Source: Candidatus Roizmanbacteria bacterium GW2011_GWA2_35_19 (GTDB lineage: Bacteria > Patescibacteriota > Microgenomatia > UBA1406 > GWC2-37-13). From it: a stretch of DNA of 64,000 bases. Position 1 is the stretch's first letter. Each line of letters begins with the position of its first letter. The position numbers and the translations under genes were made by a program. Below the pieces are notes generated by a model. The model made no database searches. It was not told where the DNA came from and was given only the letters and a program-made list of their open reading frames with translations. Of this stretch, positions 8,563 through 17,248 are shown piece after piece. The stretch is from positions 6,182-70,181 of the forward strand of contig LBQC01000002.1 in assembly GCA_000990565.1 (NCBI GenBank). Direction: 5' to 3'.

Positions 8563-10731
8563 ATGGCACGAAGAAGAAGTCTAATAAAAATACCTTTTCT
8601 GAAATTTAAAATAAACCAACATACGATCTTCAATATTTTTGGTTTTTTACTAATAGGCATATCTCTAGTTTTTTTACTTTCTTACGCTAAAAATTTTTCA
8701 AATGAAGGGACGGGCAGAGTGTTATTCCGTCTCAATCAATTCGTACTTTCTCGATTCGGGGGACTTTCGATAATTATTCCATTCATACTGATTTTAATTT
8801 CCGGTCATTTTTTTAATTCAAAAAAATTAAAGATTGTTAAGACAAACATGACCGGTGGAATTACTATGGTTTTTATCTCATTGCTTGGTATATTTCAATC
8901 AGGAGATTGGGGAAAGATAATCTTTGGAAACTTGAGCCTTGATTTTTCTATGATTGGAGCAATCATTATTTTATCGGTTATTTTTATAATTGGCTTAGTT
9001 CTATTTTTAGATACTTCAATAGATGTCTTTTTAATTTTTGTTTTTAATTTGATAAAAGGCGCTTTCAATTTCTTAAAAAACTACTTTTTCAGATCGGCTT
9101 TTGAAGAGCAAAATAGTAAAAATCAGAAAGTGCAAAAAGAAGAAAAACAATTTATTTTTGGCAAGAAAAATGAAGATAAAATCAAATATCAGCCAAGCCA
9201 AGCCGCACCTTCTCTTTTTTCTCAAATTGAAAAAAGCGATATCGGAATACAGATCAGACCGTTGCCAAGTGGGGCAAAATCAACCTGGGTTTACCCTCCT
9301 CTATCTCTTCTTGCCGATGTTTCCCAAAAAGGGGCCGATCGCGGGGATGTAAAAGAAAATGCTTCAATTATTGAAAATACGCTGGATTCATTCGGAATAA
9401 GAGCCCGAGTGGCTGACGTCAACTTTGGCCCGGCTGTTACTCAATATGCACTTGATATCACGATGGGAACCAAGCTTTCAAAAATCACGACCCTTTCTGA
9501 CAATCTAGCTTTGGCTCTCGCAGCTTCAACTGGCCAGGTGAGAATTGAAGCTCCAATCCCAGGGAAGAAGCTCGTCGGGATAGAGCTACCTAACAAAAGA
9601 CCTGAAATTGTAACTGAAAAGGCCCTACTTTCCTCATCTGTTTTCACTTCAAATAATGATCCGCTCCTTGTCCCTCTTGGGCTTGACGTCTCGGGTCAAC
9701 CGGTCGCGGCAAGCATCGCCAAAATGCCGCATGTACTCATAGCTGGAGCTACCGGATCAGGTAAATCCGTGCTTTTGAATTCTTGGATTTGCTCATGGCT
9801 TTTTAGGACGAAGCCTGAGGATTTGAGAATGATTTTAGTTGATCCAAAACGAGTTGAGCTTTCTGTTTATAATGATACTCCTCATTTGTTAACTCCTGTA
9901 ATCACCGATGCTGATAAAATAATTTCGGCTCTCAAATGGACAGTTGGTGAGATGGAACAGAGATATAAAACTTTTGCAGCCGCTGGAGCCCGTAATCTTG
10001 AAAGCTATAATTTAATAGCAGGAGTAGAAAAAAAACCTTACATTATATTCGTAATTGATGAGTTAGCTGACTTGATGATCTTTGCACCTGGAGAAGCTGA
10101 AGAATTAATCACCCGGGTCGCCCAGATGGCCCGAGCAACTGGCATTCATCTTGTCCTTGCGACTCAACGCCCATCTGTTGATGTCATTACCGGATTAATG
10201 AAGGCAAATATTCCTACTCGCGTCGCATTCAATGTTTCCTCAATGATCGACTCAAGAGTCATTATAGATATGCCTGGAGCAGAAAAATTATTAGGTCGAG
10301 GAGACATGTTATTTTTACCGCCTGACAAAGCAAAGCCAGTCCGTATTCAAGGACCATATATTACTGAAAAAGAAGTCGTTGACCTTGTAAAATTCCTTAA
10401 ATCCCAATCTCCAGAAGTCCACTACACCGAAGAGGTGACAGAACAAGCAGTGACTATAAAATCAGGAGTAGCAGGGACGATTACAGTAAATGGTGGGGAG
10501 AATGATAATTTATTTAATCAAGCACTAGAAATTATTATGCAACAAGACAAAGCTTCAGCTTCGTTGCTTCAAAGACGACTCTCAATCGGTTATGCCCGTG
10601 CGGCAAGAATATTGGATCAAATGGAGGCGGCTGGTTATGTAAGTCCGGCTGAGGGGTCAAAGCCAAGAGATGTCATCAAACGTCCAAGTAACCCGGAGCC
10701 GACGGATATGCAGATGGGAGATATCCACTAA
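8563..10731 (+). CDS. ftsK: DNA translocase FtsK/SpoIIIE
   Basis: N-terminal TM region, Walker A GATGSGKS, IDELADLM, ATQRPSVDV and the gamma domain LLQRRLSIGYARAARI. Start placed at ATG 8563, after TTGATT-17-TAGAAT. Confidence 0.97.
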   Translation: MARRRSLIKIPFLKFKINQHTIFNIFGFLLIGISLVFLLSYAKNFSNEGTGRVLFRLNQFVLSRFGGLSIIIPFILILISGHFFNSKKLKIVKTNMTGGITMVFISLLGIFQSGDWGKIIFGNLSLDFSMIGAIIILSVIFIIGLVLFLDTSIDVFLIFVFNLIKGAFNFLKNYFFRSAFEEQNSKNQKVQKEEKQFIFGKKNEDKIKYQPSQAAPSLFSQIEKSDIGIQIRPLPSGAKSTWVYPPLSLLADVSQKGADRGDVKENASIIENTLDSFGIRARVADVNFGPAVTQYALDITMGTKLSKITTLSDNLALALAASTGQVRIEAPIPGKKLVGIELPNKRPEIVTEKALLSSSVFTSNNDPLLVPLGLDVSGQPVAASIAKMPHVLIAGATGSGKSVLLNSWICSWLFRTKPEDLRMILVDPKRVELSVYNDTPHLLTPVITDADKIISALKWTVGEMEQRYKTFAAAGARNLESYNLIAGVEKKPYIIFVIDELADLMIFAPGEAEELITRVAQMARATGIHLVLATQRPSVDVITGLMKANIPTRVAFNVSSMIDSRVIIDMPGAEKLLGRGDMLFLPPDKAKPVRIQGPYITEKEVVDLVKFLKSQSPEVHYTEEVTEQAVTIKSGVAGTITVNGGENDNLFNQALEIIMQQDKASASLLQRRLSIGYARAARILDQMEAAGYVSPAEGSKPRDVIKRPSNPEPTDMQMGDIH

Positions 10732-10732
10732 T

Positions 10733-10850
10733 CGAATTTTCAATTTAAAATTTTCAATTTTCATTGAATTTTAAATAAACAAGTTTTCAAACTGAAAATT
10801 TCCTAAATTAAAATTTATTGAAAAATGCAAATTAAAAACTGAAAACTTTC
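10733..10850. repeat. AT-rich 7-nt-periodic palindromic element between convergent ftsK and mltG
   Basis: Units of aattttc/tttcaat are mirrored by gaaaatt/ttgaaaa units. A related half copy occurs at 50180-50238. Confidence 0.7.
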
Positions 10851-11813
10851 TTATTTTAGGTATTTATCAATATTCGCTTGGTGTTCTTCATCAGACTTTG
10901 CGTAGTGCATATTACCTTTTTTGTCGGAAATATAATACCAGTAAGGGGTTGAAGAGTCGGCCTCAACGACGGCGTTAAGTGAAGCTAAGCCTGGATTACA
11001 AATCGGAGTAGGTGGTAAACCTTTATTTTTGTAAGAATTATATGGTGAATCAATTTTTAAATCATCAAATGATAACGTAGTCTTCCACCAGCTTTTTTCG
11101 GCCGATTGATAGCCTAGTCCATATTGAATCGTTGCATCAACTTGGAGTGGCCAGTCTTCTTCTAGTCTTTTGAGCAATATTCCTGCCACAATTTTTTTAT
11201 CGCTTTCTTTTCTAGCCTCCTTTTCAACAATTGAGGCAAGGGTAACGGCTTCTTCAAGAGTTAGTCCTTTCTTTTCGGCTTTATTCTTCATACTCTCTGT
11301 AAATTTATTATCAAAATTATTTGTCATTATTGAAATGACTGATCCAGCACTAGCGTCTTTTGGAAAAAGATATGTATCTGGGAAAAGAAAACCTTCTTCC
11401 GATTCTTTAATAAACTCGACTTCTGGGATGTTTAACTCCCGAGAAATTATTTGGGCCATTTCTTCGCGCCTTGTCCCCTCAATCAAAGTTACCCATAGAT
11501 CAAGAGTGCCATGAGTGAGAGTATTTGCGATCTCATATGCATTCATTGAAGGGGAGAGTCGGAAATCTCCAGCTTGTATTTTTCTTTCAAGACCAAGCTG
11601 TCTCACAATCAGGAAGAAGACAATTTTATTTCGTATAAGATCATTCTTTTCTAGATTATTAACAATTGTCTGTAACGGAGCGCCCCTTTCTATAACGAAT
11701 ATTTTCAAAGAATTATCTTCTTTACTAAAAGGCATAGTGCCTTCTTTGTAAAAAAGAAAGAAAAAAATACCTAACATTAAAATTATTAGAGAAATAATAT
11801 ATCCTTTTTTCAT
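10851..11813 (-). CDS. mltG: Endolytic transglycosylase MltG
   Basis: EGFLFPDTY, LASIVEKEA, LQVDAT and SPYNSY..GLPPTPICNPG motifs. Confidence 0.96.
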   Translation of the reverse strand: MKKGYIISLIILMLGIFFFLFYKEGTMPFSKEDNSLKIFVIERGAPLQTIVNNLEKNDLIRNKIVFFLIVRQLGLERKIQAGDFRLSPSMNAYEIANTLTHGTLDLWVTLIEGTRREEMAQIISRELNIPEVEFIKESEEGFLFPDTYLFPKDASAGSVISIMTNNFDNKFTESMKNKAEKKGLTLEEAVTLASIVEKEARKESDKKIVAGILLKRLEEDWPLQVDATIQYGLGYQSAEKSWWKTTLSFDDLKIDSPYNSYKNKGLPPTPICNPGLASLNAVVEADSSTPYWYYISDKKGNMHYAKSDEEHQANIDKYLK

Positions 11814-11817
11814 TATT

Positions 11818-13095
11818 TTATCTTTCTATTTTAAAAATTGGTAAATTATGGAGCGTAACTTCAGCTTCTTTTAGCCTGTATTTATCTCCCGAATAAAGTA
11901 TCAGCATATCTTCTTTTTTATCTACACTATGATCTAATTTTTTAAGCATATAGATTCCAGCTTGTTTATCATCCGGCGACCCTAGTACTTTTGCGACTGT
12001 ATTGAGGTTGTAATTGTTAATATCCTTTATTTTACCAGAAACAAGTGATTTAATTTCTTTTTTATGACTAGAAAGCTTCAAGTTTCCGCTTGAAACATCT
12101 TTGTTCCCGTTTTGGGCGTGGACGATTTCCCTAAATTTTTTAAGAGCTGCACCTGATTCCAAAATTTTCCGGGCTTCGTCTTCTCCCGATTTAATTTTTG
12201 ATTTCATCTTTTTGTCTTTGTAACAAATATCAAGAAGCATTCCCGCCAGTCTTAAAGCTTTAGCTTCAAGACGCAGCGGACGGTCTTTATCTTGTTCAAG
12301 AACGTATAAGACATCGCGTGCTTCAAGAATCGGTCCAATTCCACGACCGGCCGGTTCAAGCATTTCGTTTATATCAATTACTGTCTTTATTCCAAAATGA
12401 GCCGCCAAGTTTTTAAATTTAGTTGCCACTTTTTCAGCATCGGTAAAATGGTGAATTTTTGCAGTTTTACCAATTGGAAGGTCAAGGGCAAGGTGAGTAG
12501 TTCCCGCAGCTATTTTTTTGGCCATTACCGATATTATAACTTTGTCAAAAGACTCAAATGATAATGGTTCTTCAACCCGGATTATGATGTCGTCAGCTGG
12601 GGCGATACCAAGTTGCCCATTCCAGACAATACACCCGCCAACTTTATCAATTATTTTATAAATCTGAGATGGGGTAAAGTCAACATCTGCAATTGCCTCC
12701 ATTACATCAGCGGTCCCAGCCGGAGACGTGATAGCCCGAGATGATATTTTGGGGATGATAAATCCGGCTGCCGCAACAATTGGCACGATGATCATAGTCG
12801 CTCTCGTCCCAGCGATACCACCGACCGAGTGTTTGTCAGCTACAATTCCTTTAAAGTGGAGTTTATTCCCGGTTTCTACCATTGCTTTAGTGAACTGAAA
12901 AAGCTCAGTTGGCGAGTATCCGTCTTTGAAAGATGAGGCGACAAAATAAGTCGTTAATATATCAGTTAGGTGCTCGTGGGCAATCTCATCCATGATTGCA
13001 TATATTTCCCTATAAGTTAACTTTTTTCCTAATAGTTTTTTTTGAATGGCCGAAATTGCAATAGATTTTACTTTATCTTCGACAGATTTATTCAT
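11818..13095 (-). CDS. AMP phosphorylase-like enzyme (thymidine phosphorylase family, archaeal type)
   Basis: DKHSVGG, PKISSRAITSPAGTADVME and GRGIGPILEARDVL are typical of the AMP phosphorylase subfamily. Confidence 0.85.
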   Translation of the reverse strand: MNKSVEDKVKSIAISAIQKKLLGKKLTYREIYAIMDEIAHEHLTDILTTYFVASSFKDGYSPTELFQFTKAMVETGNKLHFKGIVADKHSVGGIAGTRATMIIVPIVAAAGFIIPKISSRAITSPAGTADVMEAIADVDFTPSQIYKIIDKVGGCIVWNGQLGIAPADDIIIRVEEPLSFESFDKVIISVMAKKIAAGTTHLALDLPIGKTAKIHHFTDAEKVATKFKNLAAHFGIKTVIDINEMLEPAGRGIGPILEARDVLYVLEQDKDRPLRLEAKALRLAGMLLDICYKDKKMKSKIKSGEDEARKILESGAALKKFREIVHAQNGNKDVSSGNLKLSSHKKEIKSLVSGKIKDINNYNLNTVAKVLGSPDDKQAGIYMLKKLDHSVDKKEDMLILYSGDKYRLKEAEVTLHNLPIFKIER

Positions 13096-14716
13096 ATGAT
13101 TGGATTATTTCGGTAATTCTTTTTTGAAACAGCTTTGCCTTGAGAATTAATTTTGAAATGAGATATATTTCTTTTAGATCAACGGCCCAAGATACGAATA
13201 GATAAAGTAGTCCATAAATTATAAAGGTAGTAGCAAGCAGAAAGAAAACATTGATTGTGAAAGATGTATCAAAAATCAAACCATCAAATAATTTCATTAT
13301 AAAATAAGCTATAACAGCCGATGCTCCACTTGCAAAAGCTATTTTCCCAATCTCGCTAAACATAAATTTCAAATCAAAGCCCTTCGTCTTTTTCCATAAT
13401 ATTGTAAACAACGCAGCGCTATTTAAGGTAATTGCGACTGAGAAGGCTATTGCGAGCGACCAAACTGGAAAGTGAAAATAAAAGACAAAAAGGACACTTA
13501 AAATCGTATTTACCAAAATTGATGAAACACTTACATAGAATGGGGTTTTACTATCCATAAACGAGTAAAAGCATCTAGTCAGTAGGTAATAAATGCTATG
13601 AAATGGAAGCGATATTGAAAAATATGAGAGAGTCACTGCAGTCTGGACGGTTGCATCCCAATCGAATTTTTGTCCCCCGAAAAAGAGACGAACAATCGGG
13701 GTTCTGGCAAAGATAAAAAATAATGCCAAAGGTATTGTCAAGAATAAAATATTTAAAATAGAATCAGTAATAATTTTCTTAAACTCGTCGATTTTTTGCT
13801 GCCTGTATATTTCAGTCAAGTATGGGAGTGAAGCCTGACCGAAAGCAATCCCGATGACTGAAACCGGTAAAAGTTGTAAATGCTGGGCCAAATAAAAAAT
13901 AGTGTATGCCCCACCACCTAAAAGTGTAGCCAATGAAAGGTCGATTGTTGCATCAATCTGGGCGACTACAACCGTAAAAGCTCGGGGGATAACCAACCTA
14001 ATAAACTCAATAAGGCCTTGGGTTTTTTTAAGTATAAATTTATACTGAAAGTCAGACTTCAAAAGTAGGGGTAATTGGATAGAAAAAAGTAAAAAAGCCC
14101 CAAATACTACTCCCCAAATCGGAGCTAATAGTGAAATAGTTGGATAGAAAAAAATTGTTACGCCAATAATGGTCAGATTATAGATAATCGGGGCGGTAGC
14201 CGAAAGTAAAAAAGTCTTGTTAGCCTGTCCAATTCCTGTTAAAAAATTTCCAAGGACAAAAAAAGGTAATTGGCCTAAAAGTAAAATTCTAGAGTAAGCT
14301 ATTATTTGCTCCATTTTTTCCACTCCATAACCTGGTGTGATCAGTGGAATTAATTGGTCAAGAAAAAGTGAAATGATTACAACAAAAAGGAGTAAAAAAA
14401 CCAATATCAAATTAATAATAGACGAAATATTTTCACTTAATTCTTTTTTATTCTCCTGATATTTTAAATAAATAGGGATAAATGTTGAAGTTAGGGCGCC
14501 AGTAATCAATACTTCAAAAATTAGATCGGGGATTCGAAACGATGCAAAAAAAATATCAAGTTCTTCTGTCCCAAAAAAACCGGCGAGTATCCTATATCTC
14601 AAAAATCCTGATAACGAAGTCAAAACAATCATAAACGACAGTAAAACCGCCGAAGAAAAAATGCTTTTTTGTTTTTGGAAAATAAAATCGGAAGTCTTCC
14701 TTATAAATCGCTCCAT
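13088..14716 (-). CDS. murJ: Lipid II flippase MurJ
   Basis: ASFRIPDLIF..GAL...FIP motif, QLLPVSVIG, and many TM helices. Confidence 0.95.
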   Translation of the reverse strand: MERFIRKTSDFIFQKQKSIFSSAVLLSFMIVLTSLSGFLRYRILAGFFGTEELDIFFASFRIPDLIFEVLITGALTSTFIPIYLKYQENKKELSENISSIINLILVFLLLFVVIISLFLDQLIPLITPGYGVEKMEQIIAYSRILLLGQLPFFVLGNFLTGIGQANKTFLLSATAPIIYNLTIIGVTIFFYPTISLLAPIWGVVFGAFLLFSIQLPLLLKSDFQYKFILKKTQGLIEFIRLVIPRAFTVVVAQIDATIDLSLATLLGGGAYTIFYLAQHLQLLPVSVIGIAFGQASLPYLTEIYRQQKIDEFKKIITDSILNILFLTIPLALFFIFARTPIVRLFFGGQKFDWDATVQTAVTLSYFSISLPFHSIYYLLTRCFYSFMDSKTPFYVSVSSILVNTILSVLFVFYFHFPVWSLAIAFSVAITLNSAALFTILWKKTKGFDLKFMFSEIGKIAFASGASAVIAYFIMKLFDGLIFDTSFTINVFFLLATTFIIYGLLYLFVSWAVDLKEIYLISKLILKAKLFQKRITEIIQSYE

Positions 14717-14803
14717 GATCTTTATTATATAACTTTAGACTGCATATTTTATACGTGATTAAACTTAATTTTTTTAAGTAAGAATATTTTTATGTTCTGG
14801 TAA

Positions 14804-14833
14804 ACCTATTGACATCGGCCGTCACAAATAGGT
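14804..14833. repeat. 30-bp palindromic site overlapping the promoter of the PaaX/Cas2-like gene
   Basis: ACCTATT-gaca-TCGGCCGT-caca-AATAGGT; overlaps TTGACA (14809-14814) and TATAGT (14833-14838). Confidence 0.8.
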
Positions 14834-14843
14834 ATAGTCAATT

Positions 14844-15431
14844 ATGGCTAAGATGAAAAAGTTTAAAAAAGGAGAAATTGCGAAAATAATTTTAGCCACA
14901 ATCGGAATTGGAGCTATTCTAGGAGGGACAGTATTAATAACACCTAACTTCCCCATCATAATTGGTTCATTCATAAAACTCATTAAGGAAATCAAGGGAA
15001 TCAAACTGCCAAAATTAAAAGTGAAAAGAACTCTGAAACTATTAGAAAAAAGAAAGATACTAAATTTAGTAATAAAAAATAGCGAAGTTTATATTGAGGT
15101 GGAAGATGCCTGGAATATAGAAATTCTCAAATATTCGATTCAAAGTTTACTTGCAATGAGAAAAAAATTAAAATGGCAAGGTAAGTGGTTTTTGGTGATA
15201 TTTGATGTGCCTGAAGAACAAAGAAATAAACGATATTATTTACGGAAATTTTTGAAAGAAATCGGTTTTTATCAGTATCAACAAAGCGTTTACGTCTTTC
15301 CATATGAATGCGAAAAAGAAATCATTTTAATAAAAAAAATAATTGAGGGAGGAAAATATCTAAGTTATATAGTTGCAGAAAAAGTTGAATACGAAGATAA
15401 ATTAAAAACCTACTTTCATCTACCTATTTGA
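14844..15431 (+). CDS. PaaX-like protein (putative winged helix plus Cas2-like C-terminal domain)
   Basis: WQGKWFLVIFDVPEEQRNKRYYLRKFLKEIGFYQYQQSVYVFPY matches the PaaX central/Cas2-like motif. No CRISPR array or cas1 in the window. Confidence 0.8.
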   Translation: MAKMKKFKKGEIAKIILATIGIGAILGGTVLITPNFPIIIGSFIKLIKEIKGIKLPKLKVKRTLKLLEKRKILNLVIKNSEVYIEVEDAWNIEILKYSIQSLLAMRKKLKWQGKWFLVIFDVPEEQRNKRYYLRKFLKEIGFYQYQQSVYVFPYECEKEIILIKKIIEGGKYLSYIVAEKVEYEDKLKTYFHLPI

Positions 15432-15451
15432 AACGGCCGTTGGAGATAGGT
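15422..15451. repeat. Second 30-bp palindromic site, overlapping the stop codon of the PaaX/Cas2-like gene
   Basis: ACCTATT-tgaa-ACGGCCGT-tgga-GATAGGT; same geometry as 14804-14833. Confidence 0.8.
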
Positions 15452-15585
15452 GAGGCTAATTTATTTTCCTTATGAAGATATAATCAAACAATTTTTATTT
15501 CACGAGTCTTTCTACAGAGAGTTTTAATATATTTAAACGATCTATTTTTTTCTATACGTTCATTTGATTTAAATAAATGTGCGTG

Positions 15586-15602
15586 GACACCCTTAGGGTG
15601 AC
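15586..15602. repeat. Solo REP (CACCC-N3-GGGTG family)
   Basis: GACACCCTTAGGGTGAC is the exact reverse complement of 48008-48024. Confidence 0.75.
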
Positions 15603-15624
15603 TAGGATGTTATGGGAGATTCGC

Positions 15625-15653
15625 TTGACAAGATGTGTAAAATGGTGTGTAAT
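15625..15653 (+). promoter_or_regulatory. Sigma70-type promoter of the dcw cluster
   Basis: TTGACA-17 bp-TGTAAT, ending 8 bp before the mraZ ATG. Confidence 0.65.
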
Positions 15654-15661
15654 GAAAACAT

Positions 15662-16081
15662 ATGGTGTTTTTTGGTGAATATCAAATTAATTTCTCCGGA
15701 TCTGGCCGTTTATTACTACCAAAAAAAGTCCGAGATCTTATAAAAGGAAATGTATTTATATTGACAAAAGGTTTTGGAAACTGCTTGTCAGGATATGATA
15801 AAGACGATTGGGAAAAAAGAGCCTCGGAATTATTAAATCCCTCGCTTCTTCAGCCGACTGACATGGATCAAAGAAGGTCCATTTTCTCCGCTTTGGCATA
15901 CCTAGAAATTGACGATCAAGGTAGATTTGTCATCCCAAAAAATTTACTTGAATATGGCCAACTTAAAGAAAAAGCGGTTGTAATCGGAGTTGGCGACCAT
16001 TTCGAGGTCTGGGACGCGAAGAAGTGGGAGGAATACACAAAAAATTCGAAATCCAAAGTTCAAATGTCAAATGTCAAATGA
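15662..16081 (+). CDS. mraZ: Transcriptional regulator MraZ
   Basis: FFGEY, GRLLLP, DDQGRFVIP and GVGDHFEVW motifs; first gene of the dcw cluster. Confidence 0.95.
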   Translation: MVFFGEYQINFSGSGRLLLPKKVRDLIKGNVFILTKGFGNCLSGYDKDDWEKRASELLNPSLLQPTDMDQRRSIFSALAYLEIDDQGRFVIPKNLLEYGQLKEKAVVIGVGDHFEVWDAKKWEEYTKNSKSKVQMSNVK

Positions 16082-16128
16082 ATTATATGAGCTTTGTAGT
16101 TTGTCATTTGATTTTTTGATTTAAATTT

Positions 16129-16974
16129 ATGCACACGCCAGTACTTTTACAACAAGCGATTGATAGTCTTGACGTTAAAGAAGATGGTAAGTACATAGAT
16201 GCCACATTTGGCGAAAGCGGATATAGTCAAGAAATCATGAGCAGAGGCGGAAAAGTTTTAGCGATTGATTTAGACATTAGTCAATTAAAAGGTCATTCTG
16301 AAACCGCTCACTCGCAGTTTGCTCGTTCACTTTCCAGAATGACTTTGAAGCTGGTTCAGGGGAATTTTGCTGATATTGAAAGAATCGCAAAAGAAAATAA
16401 TTTTGATAGCGTAGACGGCATAATTTTTGACCTAGGATTGTCAATGGGCCAACTTGGAAGTCTTGGTCGGGGGTTTTCGTACAAAAACTTAGATGACCCA
16501 TTGGATATGAGGATTGATGTGAATAGTGGGGAAACAGCCGCAGATTTAATCTGGAGATTGAAAGAAAGCGAGCTCTATGAACTATTTGCAAAAAATTCTG
16601 AAGAGCTTAGGTCGAAAGAAATTGCTCACGAAGTCAAAATTAGCAAGAAAATAATTAGTGTTTCAAACTTAATTACAGCAATTAATAGGGTTATACCCTA
16701 TAAAAGCTATAATACGTACGCCAAAATTTTTCAGGCTTTGAGGATAGAGGTAAATGATGAATTTTCAAATTTAAGGCGAGGACTAGAAGGAGCTGTAAAA
16801 ATTATTAATAAGGATGGAAAAATAGTCGTCGTTACTTTTCATTCGCTTGAAGATCGAATCGTAAAAAATTTTGTTAAAAATAACAATTATAAATTATCTG
16901 AGAAAAAACCAATTAGAAGTAAATCGGGTTATAAATTTGAGAGAAGCGCCAAAATCAGGGCGTTTTCGATATGA
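16129..16974 (+). CDS. rsmH: 16S rRNA C1402 methyltransferase
   Basis: HTPVLL, DATFG, FDLGLS, PLDMR, FQALRIEVNDE and FHSLEDRIVK motifs. Confidence 0.96.
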   Translation: MHTPVLLQQAIDSLDVKEDGKYIDATFGESGYSQEIMSRGGKVLAIDLDISQLKGHSETAHSQFARSLSRMTLKLVQGNFADIERIAKENNFDSVDGIIFDLGLSMGQLGSLGRGFSYKNLDDPLDMRIDVNSGETAADLIWRLKESELYELFAKNSEELRSKEIAHEVKISKKIISVSNLITAINRVIPYKSYNTYAKIFQALRIEVNDEFSNLRRGLEGAVKIINKDGKIVVVTFHSLEDRIVKNFVKNNNYKLSEKKPIRSKSGYKFERSAKIRAFSI

Positions 16975-17246
16975 GTAAACTATATAAACTACTGTTTTGG
17001 ATGACAATTTTAGCCATGGTGGTTGCTAATATTTATCTTTTTGGCCACTCCATCAAAGTAAGCGACGAAATCTTGGCTCTTGAAAAAAAAACCAGAGATT
17101 TACATGTTGCAAATATTGGTCTTGTAAAAGAGGTGTCTTTTTTATCTTCGCTCGTTTACGCCGAAAAAGCAGCTATCGATCTTCAATTTGTCAAAAAAGG
17201 GACTCCGACTTTCCTAAATAAATTAGGAGTAGCACTTAAGAATTAA
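16971..17246 (+). CDS. ftsL: Cell division protein FtsL-like
   Basis: Single TM helix plus coiled coil, positioned between rsmH and ftsI. Confidence 0.7.
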   Translation: MSKLYKLLFWMTILAMVVANIYLFGHSIKVSDEILALEKKTRDLHVANIGLVKEVSFLSSLVYAEKAAIDLQFVKKGTPTFLNKLGVALKN

Positions 17247-17248
17247 AG

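Noticed and set aside
14844-15431. CRISPR-Cas locus suggested by the Cas2-like domain
   Set aside because: There is no repeat-spacer array, cas1 or other cas gene in the window; only two palindromes flank the gene.
15605-15655. MraZ binding repeats
   Set aside because: Only weak TGGG/TGTG units are present, with irregular spacing, which is not enough to call.
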